NCBI GenBank assembly: GCA_963719505.1
Contig: CAVRCF010000001.1
Coordinates: 1,056,001 to 1,120,000 of the forward strand
From: Halobacteriovoraceae bacterium
GTDB lineage: Bacteria > Bdellovibrionota > Bacteriovoracia > Bacteriovoracales > Bacteriovoracaceae
Reading direction: 5' to 3'
Length of the DNA: 64,000 bases
The notes beneath the pieces were generated by a model. The model was not told the DNA's origin, did not search any database, and saw only the letters and a list, made by a program, of their open reading frames with translations. Below are positions 40,712 through 51,032 of this stretch, piece after piece; the stretch's first letter is position 1, and each line of letters opens with the position of its first letter. The position numbers and the translations under genes are program-made.

Positions 40712-41875
40712 TTGAAATATTTATTATCCACACTTTTAATTTTATCTTTCTTAGTATCTTGCAAAGAAGACAGTAATATTAAGCCTTTAGCGAGTGCTCA
40801 AAAGCTCTCAGAACGATTTGACTCCAAATCCACGGGAAGTAAAATTGTGACTTTACCTATAAAGATTCCAATGACTCAAAATACTTTATCTAGGTACACT
40901 GCAGATGATATTCTTAATCCCGTTGATAATACTGAAATAGGAGACCTTCCCGAGTCTCAAGTTGGTTTTCTTAAAAGATTAAAAACAGCTTTTAAGTTAA
41001 AGCTCTATAATCTAGGTTTAAGGCTAGGGGTTCAAAACCGTTACCGTTTTTCAACCAACTACGATGGGTTCCCTGAAATTGATACAGACTATATCAAGTC
41101 AGTAAAAATAAAAAAATTATTTTTTGCTATCGAGCCCTGTGATCCTAATGATTCAACTTGTAAGGTCGCTGATGAGAATAGCCCTTCAACACTTTTTTTC
41201 TTAGAAAAGTTTTTCTTAAATATTTCGACGATTCAAAACCCTGAGGATTTGGCTTTTCTCGATATACCTCAGCCTGAGAGTTTAAGCTCAGAATCTTTTA
41301 AAGAGTATGTTAACAAAGCCTGGGGAAAACAGCCTACAGACTTTATGGACTATGTCAGCAAAGAGACTGGTGAAGTGAAGAATGAAGTTTTTTATGATTT
41401 GAATGTGGCAAAATTAGATAACAAAGAGAACAGAAAAAGACTAAGAGAGCTCAATCAAAGAAGAAATGTTAGAGACAGTGGAAAAAACTTTATCGCAAGA
41501 ATTGACTCTGAAAGTATTCTGGAGACAAAGAGCTTTTTTAAAAGAAAAGCCTTCAAGTCCTCTGTAAAAGATTTAACATTCTTAGGGAAAAGTCTTTTTA
41601 TCGAACTTCACTCAGAGAAGCAAAGAGATCTCTTTTTCAAAACAATAACGGAACAAGAAGAATCCATAAGAGATATCGGCGTTTATGAAATAGAGGGTTG
41701 TACGCTTTTGACGTGTACTGATGTTAAGGTTAACCCTATCAATCTTGTTCCCATGTTAAAAAAGTCGACAAATATTAAGTTTGATACTTACTTCTCTGTT
41801 AATAATCTTGATCCAAATGACTTTCGCTACAGTGGATATCTTGAAATTGAAGTGAAGTTGGAGTTACCTCTGTAA
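40712..41875 (+). CDS. Hypothetical lipoprotein
   Basis: GGAGG RBS, TTG start, lipobox FLVSC. Confidence 0.75.
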   Translation: MKYLLSTLLILSFLVSCKEDSNIKPLASAQKLSERFDSKSTGSKIVTLPIKIPMTQNTLSRYTADDILNPVDNTEIGDLPESQVGFLKRLKTAFKLKLYNLGLRLGVQNRYRFSTNYDGFPEIDTDYIKSVKIKKLFFAIEPCDPNDSTCKVADENSPSTLFFLEKFFLNISTIQNPEDLAFLDIPQPESLSSESFKEYVNKAWGKQPTDFMDYVSKETGEVKNEVFYDLNVAKLDNKENRKRLRELNQRRNVRDSGKNFIARIDSESILETKSFFKRKAFKSSVKDLTFLGKSLFIELHSEKQRDLFFKTITEQEESIRDIGVYEIEGCTLLTCTDVKVNPINLVPMLKKSTNIKFDTYFSVNNLDPNDFRYSGYLEIEVKLELPL

Positions 41876-42238
41876 CTCAACAGGGGTAGCATGGGTTTTA
41901 GCGACTTTCTCTACTGAGGCTTTAAACTCAGCTTTCGGAATGATAATATCGAGAGCACTAATCATGTGATTGAGCGTCAATTTGCACCCTTCCGAACAAA
42001 CAAAATCACATGAAGTCAGCTCAATCGTTCTAATCGTGCTTTGATTTGTGAAAGTCGAATACCAAGAAAAATACTCGTCTAAAACCTTTTCAAAAGCTGT
42101 TATTAACTGAGCAGTGCTATCGGACTGGAGATTGAAGATAAATTGACTCGTCGGCTTAGCTTTTCCATTAAACGAAACTTTAACCACTCCACGATGAGCA
42201 ATTTTTAATGTAGGATTTAAACAGACTGGACAATACAT
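41864..42238 (-). CDS. Hypothetical Cys-motif (probable Zn-binding) protein
   Basis: MYCPVC at the N-terminus and CSEGC near the C-terminus; ATG at 42238. Confidence 0.7.
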   Translation of the reverse strand: MYCPVCLNPTLKIAHRGVVKVSFNGKAKPTSQFIFNLQSDSTAQLITAFEKVLDEYFSWYSTFTNQSTIRTIELTSCDFVCSEGCKLTLNHMISALDIIIPKAEFKASVEKVAKTHATPVELQR

Positions 42239-42281
42239 CAGACTATTATGGCAGAAAGATAACACCTGTAAAGGGGAAGAA

Positions 42282-43136
42282 ATGATTGCTGAAAAAGAAA
42301 AAATTGAAACCTTTGATGGACTAAAGCTAGAGGCGTCAATTGTGGAAAACGGAAGCCCCGTATGGTTGGTTATTACTCATGGCCTGGGGGAGCATTCTGA
42401 TCGCCACTCGTATATGGATCGAAACTTCTTACAATATTTTAATATTTGCCGCTACGATCTTCGGGGTCATGGCAATAGTGATGGGAAAAGGGTGAGTGTT
42501 GACTCTTTTACAGATTACACAAAAGACCTCGATGTCGTTTTAAATTATTTAAAAACTAAATTTCAGATGAAGCGCTATATCCTTTTTGGACATTCGATGG
42601 GGGCTTTGATTACGGCTTCATACATGCAAAAAATAGCGAGCACTCACTTTTATCCAGAGAAAGTTTTCTTAAGCGGACCACCGGTTGCTGCCCCTGGTGC
42701 TTTGGGAAGCTTTTTTCATCTTGCTCCACTGGGAGTCAGTAAAACTTTGAGTAAACTAGGCTTCTCTATCGCTTTAGGAGGAATGTTGGATATAAAGAAG
42801 CTATCTCACGACCCAAGAGTGTACGAAGCTTATATAAGGGATCCAAAAAACTGTTTAAAAATTGAAACAAAACTCTTTTTTAGTATTCTTGCTGAGTCTA
42901 AAGAGGTTTTCTCCAGAAAGCTGAGAGTATCATGTCCTCTTTATGTCGCAGTTGGAACCAAGGACAAACTTATTGACCCAGATCGGGCCATTGATTATTT
43001 TAAACAGACAGAGAAAAATGCGAGTCTTCTAGAAGTTAAAGATGGCTATCACGAACTCCACAATGAAATTGGCAAATTTAAAAAGCCTTATATGAAATTT
43101 TTGAAAGATTCACTTCTAGAATCTATTTATTCATAA
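42282..43136 (+). CDS. Alpha/beta hydrolase, lysophospholipase/monoglyceride lipase family
   Basis: HGLGEH, DLRGHG, GHSMG, YHELHNE. Confidence 0.92.
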   Translation: MIAEKEKIETFDGLKLEASIVENGSPVWLVITHGLGEHSDRHSYMDRNFLQYFNICRYDLRGHGNSDGKRVSVDSFTDYTKDLDVVLNYLKTKFQMKRYILFGHSMGALITASYMQKIASTHFYPEKVFLSGPPVAAPGALGSFFHLAPLGVSKTLSKLGFSIALGGMLDIKKLSHDPRVYEAYIRDPKNCLKIETKLFFSILAESKEVFSRKLRVSCPLYVAVGTKDKLIDPDRAIDYFKQTEKNASLLEVKDGYHELHNEIGKFKKPYMKFLKDSLLESIYS

Positions 43137-44376
43137 GCGTTTTAATGAATTTGACTCTCTCGATAGCAGGCGGATGAGAGTGATAGAATTTTGTATATAT
43201 TGGACTTGGTGTAAGAGTACTTGAATTGTCCTTATACATTTTTAAAAGAGCGCTAATAAGCTTTTGGCCATCAGCGAAATGCGTGGCAAACTGATCGGCC
43301 TCGTACTCATTTTTTCGTGAAAGCCAGCTTCCAATAGGTGTGAAAAAATAGGTCATTAGTGGAACAAGAAAAATAAAAAGTATAATAGTAATATGAGAAG
43401 ACTGTTGCAAGGCAAAGGCATCATAGAGAGAATCTAGTTCAACCGCTAGATATAATAAATAAAAGCCCACACCCGTAAATACTGTACTCATCACCATCGA
43501 CTTCATAATGTGTTTCTTTTTGAGGTGTCCTAGTTCATGGGCCAAGACAGCTATCACTTCTGAGTGCGTAAGACTTTTTAAAAGAGTGTCAAAAAAAACG
43601 ATTCGTTTATTTTTTCCAAAACCAGTAAAATAGGCATTACCGTGAGAACTTCTTAAAGATGCATTCATGACATAGTAGTCTTTAAACTCGAGATCAATAT
43701 CATCACTTAACTTTTCAATCTGATGAGTTAAGTTTTCGTCATCTAATTTTTCAAACTTATTAAAAAGAGGAGAGATAAATTTTGGATAAGCCCATATAAG
43801 AATAAACTGAAAAACAACTAGAGATACCCAACTGATGGCCCACCAAGTTTTTTCGAAATTCTCGATAAAAAGGAGAATACCAAGTAACAGTGGAGTCATT
43901 AAAACAATGGATAAAATAAACTGTTTTATGAGATCAGCAATAAAAATTTTTGGTGTTGTTTTATTAAATCCATATTTTTGCTCAATAACAAAAGTTGAGT
44001 AAATGGACTCTGGAATATTCAAGAAAATAGATATGAGTAAAAAGCCACCAAAAAAATACAAACTTTGATAAAGGGGGTCACTACTTAGAGTTGAGGTCAA
44101 TTCATTGAGCTTTTTTACTCCACCCAACGGAAGCCATGCGAGGAGTAAAGCAAAGTGATAAAAAGTGGTTGCGATACTAAATTTAAGTTTTGTTATGGAA
44201 TATGACGCAGCTTTTTGATGATCTGCAAGGTTAATAAAATCTGAGAACTGGGAAGGAACCAATGACTGATTTTTCTTAATATGTCTGATATTTATCAAGA
44301 TAAGAATTACTTTTATAATTAGGCCAAGGGTGGCAAGATAGTAAAAAATTGAAAGAATAACGTCTGAATTAATCAC
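43123..44376 (-). CDS. M48 family (Ste24-like) membrane metallopeptidase
   Basis: FVIEQKYGFN, NAYFTGFG..KRIVFFDTL, AHELGH, EYEADQF, YHSHPP. Confidence 0.95.
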   Translation of the reverse strand: MINSDVILSIFYYLATLGLIIKVILILINIRHIKKNQSLVPSQFSDFINLADHQKAASYSITKLKFSIATTFYHFALLLAWLPLGGVKKLNELTSTLSSDPLYQSLYFFGGFLLISIFLNIPESIYSTFVIEQKYGFNKTTPKIFIADLIKQFILSIVLMTPLLLGILLFIENFEKTWWAISWVSLVVFQFILIWAYPKFISPLFNKFEKLDDENLTHQIEKLSDDIDLEFKDYYVMNASLRSSHGNAYFTGFGKNKRIVFFDTLLKSLTHSEVIAVLAHELGHLKKKHIMKSMVMSTVFTGVGFYLLYLAVELDSLYDAFALQQSSHITIILFIFLVPLMTYFFTPIGSWLSRKNEYEADQFATHFADGQKLISALLKMYKDNSSTLTPSPIYTKFYHSHPPAIERVKFIKTLMNK

Positions 44377-44387
44377 GGGAGTCCTTT

Positions 44388-45122
44388 TTGCAAGTCATTC
44401 AAAAATTTATGAATAATCCTTTGCGAAATTATAACTACATAATCTACAGCGATACGACCAAAGAGGCCATATTTATTGATCCCCTAGATTTATCTCAGAC
44501 TCTACCTTTGAGTCAATCGACAGGACTAGTACCCAAATATCTAATCAATACACACTTTCATCACGATCATATAAAAGACAACGAAGCCTTTCTAAAGCTT
44601 CCTCAAGCTCAGAAGGTTTTACTTAAAAACAAAGAAGTCTTTCAACTAACCGAATCTGAGACTCTCAAAGCATTAGATACGCCAGGACACGTGAGTGAGC
44701 ACAAGTGCTTTCTTTTAAAGGACAGTAGAGGAGAGTTTGGTATTATAGCAGGCGATGCTCTGTTTAATGCTGGAGTAGGCAATTGCAAAAATGGAGGAGA
44801 TGTAGAGACTCACTTCGAAACGATTAATTGGTTATCTCAAAACCTTTCAGATCATTTAAAGTTGTACCCTGGACACGACTATTTACTCAAAAATTTAGAG
44901 TTTGCGATTAACTTAGAGCCAGATAATCAGAGAGTTTTAGACTTAATGGAAAAAAGAAAGTCTCAAGATTTAGACCGAGAGTTTATAAATACTACAATTG
45001 CAGATGAAAGAGAGATTAATCCTTTTTTCAGACTAAATGAACTGCAAAAACGACCTGAATATAAAGATCATACAATTCGAGAAATTTTTATCGATATTAG
45101 AAAGAGAAGAGATAGTTTTTAA
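44388..45122 (+). CDS. gloB: Hydroxyacylglutathione hydrolase (glyoxalase II)
   Basis: THFHHDH, TPGH, GDALF.AGVG, PGHDY, E...NPF. Confidence 0.88.
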   Translation: MQVIQKFMNNPLRNYNYIIYSDTTKEAIFIDPLDLSQTLPLSQSTGLVPKYLINTHFHHDHIKDNEAFLKLPQAQKVLLKNKEVFQLTESETLKALDTPGHVSEHKCFLLKDSRGEFGIIAGDALFNAGVGNCKNGGDVETHFETINWLSQNLSDHLKLYPGHDYLLKNLEFAINLEPDNQRVLDLMEKRKSQDLDREFINTTIADEREINPFFRLNELQKRPEYKDHTIREIFIDIRKRRDSF

Positions 45123-45147
45123 ATAAAAAATAAAATAAGGAGTTAGA

Positions 45148-45621
45148 ATGTCTTTACCAAAAATTGGAAATTTAGCACCAGCTTTCACATTACAAGATCA
45201 AAATGGAGATAAGGTCTCTCTGAAAGACTTTAGAGGGAAAAAGAATGTCGTCGTATATTTTTATCCCAAAGCGATGACTCCAGGATGCACGGTTCAGGCT
45301 TGTGGAATAAGAGATTACAAAAAAGATTTTGCTAAAGTTAAGACAGAAGTTTTGGCCATTAGCCCAGATCCGTTTGAAAGATTAAAAAAATTCGAAGACA
45401 AGCAAGATCTCAATTTCACTCTTTTATCGGATGAGGACCACAAGATTGCAGACAAATATGGTTCATGGGGTCCAAAGCAATTTATGGGAAAAAAGTATGA
45501 TGGGATTTTACGTCAGACTTTTATTATCAATAAAGAGGGGAAACTTGTAGAAATTATGGATAAGGTTAAAACTAAATCACATCACGATGATGTTCTTAAT
45601 TTTATTAAAGAGAATCTGTAA
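45148..45621 (+). CDS. bcp: Thioredoxin-dependent thiol peroxidase BCP
   Basis: YFYPKAMTPGCTVQACG. Confidence 0.96.
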   Translation: MSLPKIGNLAPAFTLQDQNGDKVSLKDFRGKKNVVVYFYPKAMTPGCTVQACGIRDYKKDFAKVKTEVLAISPDPFERLKKFEDKQDLNFTLLSDEDHKIADKYGSWGPKQFMGKKYDGILRQTFIINKEGKLVEIMDKVKTKSHHDDVLNFIKENL

Positions 45622-45892
45622 TTATTTCGTCTGAAACAATCTCAAGCGGATATCTCAACTTAAAATGTTCAAAAATTTGATCCATCTGTTTTGACAATTC
45701 TGGTGTCACGGTGATTTTCACTTGCCTGATGCCAGAGCTTTTCTCCCCCGGTAGGGTAGAATAAAAAGCAATATTGTCGTTGGCTTCCATGGTAAAGTAA
45801 AAGAAGCTTGAATGGGCTTTTTCCAGACTGATAACGATTTGTCTGAGTTTTTTAGTCGTGATAAATGTTTCGATATTGTCGCTGTTTTCCAT
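45605..45892 (-). CDS. DUF4911-like small protein
   Basis: YFTMEANDNIAFYSTL pattern. Confidence 0.55.
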   Translation of the reverse strand: MENSDNIETFITTKKLRQIVISLEKAHSSFFYFTMEANDNIAFYSTLPGEKSSGIRQVKITVTPELSKQMDQIFEHFKLRYPLEIVSDEIITDSL

Positions 45893-45989
45893 AGATCGTT
45901 AAATAACATTGACTTAGCATCTTCTCAAGCCTTAAAATAATATATAAAGCAGCGCATTTTCACCGCTAGTAGTCATGGAGGACTATAAA

Positions 45990-46721
45990 ATGAAATCAAC
46001 TGTAAAGCTATCCTTATGTCTCGCCGCACTATCAGCGACTTCTGGCTGTTCATCATGGATTGAGTCTTCTAGAAAATTAATTGATGACGAAGAAGCTAAA
46101 CAGGCAAGTGAGCGTCAAAAAGTAGAATCCAAGTGGGTTAAGCGTGAACAATACAATGATCTTTTAGCAAAATACAATAACCTCGCAGATAAAAATGAAG
46201 CTTTAACCCAGCAAAGCATGGAGACGAAGCCGAGTTTTGATCAAATTGATGAACTCTCGAAGTCGACAGCTCAGGCAAGTAAACCCGTTATTAATAACTC
46301 AAACACTGAGACCGTCGATGTATTTGGTGATGGTGGCCTTGCCAACGAAGTCGAGAAGCTCTCTTCTGATGTGGAAACAGGCTCAATTTCAAGAGAACTT
46401 AAGACATACAAAAAAGCTATGGCGCTTAAAGACAGCGGAAGAGTTGACGATGCTTTAAGGATTTTCCAATTCTTGGAAAAGTCCAACTTCGAGCAAATTC
46501 AAGTGAGAGCGCGCATGGAGATTGGATCGATTTATCTCGATAAAAATCAATACGATCTCTCTCTCCAAGTTTTTGAAAAAGTCATTACTTCCAATGCATT
46601 CTCTGGAAAAGTTTTAGATGCACTAAGAGGGGCAGCTGAATCATCGGATGGCCTTGGTCTAACGGATAAAAAATTAAGATATCAATCAATGTTAAAAGAT
46701 TTCTTCGGAATCCAAAGCTAG
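45990..46721 (+). CDS. Coiled-coil/TPR lipoprotein, CpoB/YbgF-like
   Basis: GGAGG RBS before ATG 45990, lipobox TSGC, coiled coil then TPR helices. Confidence 0.7.
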   Translation: MKSTVKLSLCLAALSATSGCSSWIESSRKLIDDEEAKQASERQKVESKWVKREQYNDLLAKYNNLADKNEALTQQSMETKPSFDQIDELSKSTAQASKPVINNSNTETVDVFGDGGLANEVEKLSSDVETGSISRELKTYKKAMALKDSGRVDDALRIFQFLEKSNFEQIQVRARMEIGSIYLDKNQYDLSLQVFEKVITSNAFSGKVLDALRGAAESSDGLGLTDKKLRYQSMLKDFFGIQS

Positions 46722-46728
46722 GAAGTAT

Positions 46729-48825
46729 TTGAATCGTAAACTGAAAAATACATTTATTTTACTGGGATTAGCCTTGTCTTTGCAAGGTTACTCACAAGTT
46801 CCCCTAGACTTAGAACTAGAGGACCCAGAGGATATGGAGCTTCTTCTCGAAGAGTTTCCCGAGGAAAAGTCAGTTAATGCCATTGCTGAACCATCTAAAA
46901 CGAGCAATGAAGATCAACTTGAATCCTTGAAAGATGACTTGGGTGATCTCGAGTTTACACTTCCGGAAGAGGATGCAAAAGATATTGCCAATGAATTGAA
47001 CAAAGGCACAAAACCCAAAATTATGGGGGCCAATGATAAGGGAAACCTTTTAATTTTTGATGTTGGTCGCGAAGAAAAAGAACTTTTAGAAGTCGCAAAA
47101 AATATGCAAGGTAAAATACCAGTAAATGAGTGGAAGGAAATTGCCTCTGTTAGCTCAAAGTCTTCTTACACCGTTGTCAGAGGTGATTGGCTTTGGAAAA
47201 TTTCTCAACGTATCTTTGGTTCCGGATTTTACTACTCAAAAATATGGTCACTAAACCCTTATATTACAAATCCTCATGAGATTGAGCCAGGTATGATTCT
47301 GTCTTTTAGCACAGGGTCTGCAAACTCATTGCCTTCCATTTCCGTTTCCCAAAATGGCCAGATTGTTGGTATGAACAAAAATAGACGTGGCACTAGAGAC
47401 AATGAATTTGATAAATGGGGAGACGATGCAAAACCTGATTGGTTGATAGAAAAAGAGAAGCTTAAAGAAGAAAATGTTTTTGTTCAATACTCATCACTTG
47501 AAACTGACGAAGACTTAAAACAAATTAGTAATCAAAGCCTCATCAAAGAATACGAAGCTTATGAGCCACCAAGGCCTGATTTTGAAATAGAAATACCGAC
47601 AGAGCAATACGACGACTCTGGTTTTGATAAGAATGCAAAAGTTAGCTTTAACTTCAAAGAAGGATTTTACTTAAATACCTTCATCTCCACAAATGTTGTT
47701 CAAGACTTTGGTAAAGTAGATTCAGCTATCTCTGAGCAGGGAATTTTTAATAAGTACGATAAAATTTATATTAAGTTTGATGATAGCATTAATGTCGTGG
47801 AAGGCGACAAGTTCTCCATCTATAAATCTGAAGGGCAAGTCTCTCATAGAAACTCTGACAGAACGGGAACTAAATATACAATCGTTGGAAGTATTCAAAC
47901 AATCAATAAACAAGATGATCTTTGGAATTGTGAAATTATTGAGTCTTCTGGACTTGTAGCAAGAAATGATAGAGTTACTGTCTACACACCAAAAATTGAA
48001 AGAATAACTAAAACATTCAACTCAAGACTTATAGAGTCTGTTCTTATCGCTGGTTTTAGAAAAAGAAGTGATGTTGCCTCTTTTGGAGATGTTGTTTATT
48101 TGGATCGTGGTCGTGCTGACGGCGTAGAGATGGGTAATGTTTTTGAAATATACGGATTTAAAGATAGAGGAACTGGAAAAAATATTTCAGATAACCCAAC
48201 CTATAAAAATGGAGAAGCTATTGTCATCAGTCTTACTGATAACTTTGCAACAGCTCTCATCAGTCAAAGTGTAAGAGACTTCCTCATTGGGGATCTTGCC
48301 ATTACAAAGACAAAAGAAGCTGCAGCAAGGGCCCTTAATTTAAAGTCAAGAATAGAGTCTGGGGAAGCTTCGAGGCTTGAGGATCAAGCTCTTGAAAATT
48401 TAGATGTTGAATTAAATATTGATGATCTTAATGACTCGTTACTAGATAAAGCGGATAAGATTCAATTTACGGAAGATGAACTCGCAGAATTAGAGAGACA
48501 AGAACGTGAAAAATCAATTATGACTGAAGGTGAGAAAGATCTTAGATCACTAGAGAGACTTGAAAGTGAAATTGAGACGGCTGAAAAAATGCTAAACGAA
48601 GCAAGACTTGATGAAGACAAGCTTCTTGAGAATCAGAATCTTGATACCATGGAGAAAAGCCTTCTTTATAATCAACAAGAGTCTCTTGATGAAATAGAAG
48701 AAAACTTTGGTAAACGTTATCTTGATGAAGATCTTAACGATAAAGACAATCCTTATGGCCTGACAGAATTTGATATCGAAGAAATTGATGAGCTTCTCAA
48801 CGTCGAAAAAGAATTAGAGGAATAA
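46729..48825 (+). CDS. LysM peptidoglycan-binding protein (TsaP/YgaU-like) with long acidic tail
   Basis: Signal peptide; YTVVRGDWLWKIS...IWSLNPYITNPHEIEPG; VVYLDRGRADG. Confidence 0.85.
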   Translation: MNRKLKNTFILLGLALSLQGYSQVPLDLELEDPEDMELLLEEFPEEKSVNAIAEPSKTSNEDQLESLKDDLGDLEFTLPEEDAKDIANELNKGTKPKIMGANDKGNLLIFDVGREEKELLEVAKNMQGKIPVNEWKEIASVSSKSSYTVVRGDWLWKISQRIFGSGFYYSKIWSLNPYITNPHEIEPGMILSFSTGSANSLPSISVSQNGQIVGMNKNRRGTRDNEFDKWGDDAKPDWLIEKEKLKEENVFVQYSSLETDEDLKQISNQSLIKEYEAYEPPRPDFEIEIPTEQYDDSGFDKNAKVSFNFKEGFYLNTFISTNVVQDFGKVDSAISEQGIFNKYDKIYIKFDDSINVVEGDKFSIYKSEGQVSHRNSDRTGTKYTIVGSIQTINKQDDLWNCEIIESSGLVARNDRVTVYTPKIERITKTFNSRLIESVLIAGFRKRSDVASFGDVVYLDRGRADGVEMGNVFEIYGFKDRGTGKNISDNPTYKNGEAIVISLTDNFATALISQSVRDFLIGDLAITKTKEAAARALNLKSRIESGEASRLEDQALENLDVELNIDDLNDSLLDKADKIQFTEDELAELERQEREKSIMTEGEKDLRSLERLESEIETAEKMLNEARLDEDKLLENQNLDTMEKSLLYNQQESLDEIEENFGKRYLDEDLNDKDNPYGLTEFDIEEIDELLNVEKELEE

Positions 48826-48826
48826 G

Positions 48827-49729
48827 ATGCTCGTTTTAATGCTTAAAGGTTTTGCTATGGGCTTAGCCGATATCGTTCCAGGAGTCTCAGGTGGTACGGT
48901 AGCCTTTATTACGGGTATCTATGACAGGCTTATCGCATCTATAAGTTCAGTTAATACAACATTTTTAAAACTCATACTTTCTTTTAAAATAAAAGAAAGT
49001 CTTGAACATATTAACTTCAAATTTTTAGCACCTCTATTATTTGGAATTGGGATTGCCATTATTTCAATGAGTAGGGTTATGCATTTTTTAATGAACAATT
49101 ATGCTGTTCAGACATGGTCCCTCTTTTTTGGTTTAATCATCGCCTCAATCATCTATATTGGTAAACAAATCGATGATATTAAAAGTCCAAAAAATATAAT
49201 GTCCCTCGTCTCAGGTGTCGTCGTTGGGGTAGGGGTTGTCTCTCTCATACCTGTAGAAACTCCTTCTTCACCTCTTTATCTCTTTTTCTCCGGAGCCATC
49301 GCCATTTGTGCTATGATTTTGCCTGGTATTAGTGGGTCATTCCTTCTTCTTATTCTTGGAAAATACGCCTTTATTACAGGCGCTCTAAAGAGTCCCTTTG
49401 TGGGAGATAATCTTTTCAGTATTGGTGTCTTTTCCATCGGTTGTCTCGTTGGCATTTTATCTTTTTCAAAGCTTCTAAATTATCTATTAAAGCATTATCG
49501 AAATACAATGATGGCCTGCTTAACGGGTTTTATGATTGGTTCATTAAAGAAGATATGGCCATGGAAAGAAGTGTTGGAGTCAAAGGTTATAAGAGGTAAA
49601 ACATACGTACTATCTGAGGCGAATATTATACCCCACAAGCTTGATGCAACTGTATTAACTGCACTGGGTCTTATGATTTTTGGCTTTATCTTAGTATTTG
49701 CTATTGAGAGATTATCTCAAAAAGATTAA
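48827..49729 (+). CDS. DUF368 family protein (putative undecaprenyl-phosphate translocase)
   Basis: GLADIVPGVSGGTVAFITGIY and AMILPGISGSF repeats; KIWPW. Confidence 0.93.
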   Translation: MLVLMLKGFAMGLADIVPGVSGGTVAFITGIYDRLIASISSVNTTFLKLILSFKIKESLEHINFKFLAPLLFGIGIAIISMSRVMHFLMNNYAVQTWSLFFGLIIASIIYIGKQIDDIKSPKNIMSLVSGVVVGVGVVSLIPVETPSSPLYLFFSGAIAICAMILPGISGSFLLLILGKYAFITGALKSPFVGDNLFSIGVFSIGCLVGILSFSKLLNYLLKHYRNTMMACLTGFMIGSLKKIWPWKEVLESKVIRGKTYVLSEANIIPHKLDATVLTALGLMIFGFILVFAIERLSQKD

Positions 49730-49749
49730 AGTATAAAGACAATCACCAC

Positions 49750-49826
49750 GGGGTCTTAGCTCAGCTGGATAGAGTAGTTGGCTTCGAACCAATTGGTCGG
49801 GGGTTCGAATCCCTCAGGCCCCGCCA
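49750..49826 (+). tRNA. tRNA-Arg, anticodon UCG
   Basis: Acceptor stem GGGGTCT/AGGCCCC, D-arm TAGCTCAGCTGGATAGAG, anticodon arm GTTGG-CT-TCG-AA-CCAAT, GGTTCGAATCC, encoded CCA; 77 nt. Confidence 0.96.
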
Positions 49827-49889
49827 TAAATCTATATTTTTCTCAAATTACAGAAAATTCAAACTTTATATTTATTGTATAAACTAGTT

Positions 49890-51032
49890 TTAATACCCAG
49901 GTACTGAGGCAATTTTACTATAATCTAGTGTCGTCTCATACAGAGAATCATTGTAAAAGCTTGTTAATCTTAAGTCATGTTTCTCTGCAAGGCTTGTAGC
50001 GATTTTCTCTCCGATTCCTGAATTTGACTTGTACTGACTAGAAAAGGGTGAATTGATCGTAAGCTTATCTTCTAAAATTCTTATAAAAATTTTGTGTGAG
50101 TCATTTTGTGAAGAGGCTAGAGCCTTTACACTGTTTGAAAGAATACTTATTAGGATAGATTCAAAGTCTTGTTGGATGATATTTATCGATTTTTTTCGCG
50201 CTCCTTCTATTTTATATTGATTTGGTGAAATCTTTAACAATTGGATTACTTTCTCTACTGCATCAAAGATCTGTATGCTCTGAAGGTTAGTATTAGCGAT
50301 CAAATTAAAAGAATTGAGGTAAAGATGTATGTCGTTTAAATTTTTTTGAGCCGATTCGACAGATTCTTTAATATCGATATTTCTTCTAAGCCCATCTTCA
50401 ATATTATCGACTATTATAAACTGAGACGATAAGAGTCCTTTTATATTGTGAGCAAAAATATTTAGTTCATTTCCAATAAGTGAGAACCTTTCTCGAAACT
50501 CCATCTCATTTTGGCGAGTTATCGAATGCCCCTTGAATAGATAAAAAAATATTGCAAAAAATTCAACAAAGATGATGATATAATCGCCTATATCTTCTTC
50601 TCTGGCTAAGGGAAAAGCACCTTGAGATTTTTGGAACTGTATGGTCAAAATGGAAATACCACCGAAGAGGATTACAGGAAAGAATATTATAGGTTTCGGT
50701 CTGTAAAAAAGAATAATTCCAAGTGTACAGACGATGAATGCAAAAAAATATAAGGGAGAAAATAATTCTCCAACAACTGAAAAAAGAGTGACTAGTAAGC
50801 AGACTAAAAAATGATGAAGAGAGCTCTTAGGTTTTCTGGTTAAATAAAACATAACAGGTAGAGCAAGTATTATTAGTGTAATCTTTGAGAAAAAAAATAT
50901 AATTTTTAAGTCACTGTGTATTAATCTTTGTTCATATAAAAAGAATATGCTTGTGCAAGATATATACAAAAGCATTGCTATAAAAGCGTCTTTTTGTTCA
51001 TCATTTTTGATATATTTAGGTAATAACCTCAT
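49890..51032 (-). CDS. Multi-TM sensor histidine kinase with reduced HATPase domain
   Basis: About six TM helices; FAHNIK H-box, ILSNSVKA N-box, SGIG G-box; ATG 51032 overlaps the response regulator stop. Confidence 0.75.
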   Translation of the reverse strand: MRLLPKYIKNDEQKDAFIAMLLYISCTSIFFLYEQRLIHSDLKIIFFFSKITLIILALPVMFYLTRKPKSSLHHFLVCLLVTLFSVVGELFSPLYFFAFIVCTLGIILFYRPKPIIFFPVILFGGISILTIQFQKSQGAFPLAREEDIGDYIIIFVEFFAIFFYLFKGHSITRQNEMEFRERFSLIGNELNIFAHNIKGLLSSQFIIVDNIEDGLRRNIDIKESVESAQKNLNDIHLYLNSFNLIANTNLQSIQIFDAVEKVIQLLKISPNQYKIEGARKKSINIIQQDFESILISILSNSVKALASSQNDSHKIFIRILEDKLTINSPFSSQYKSNSGIGEKIATSLAEKHDLRLTSFYNDSLYETTLDYSKIASVPGY

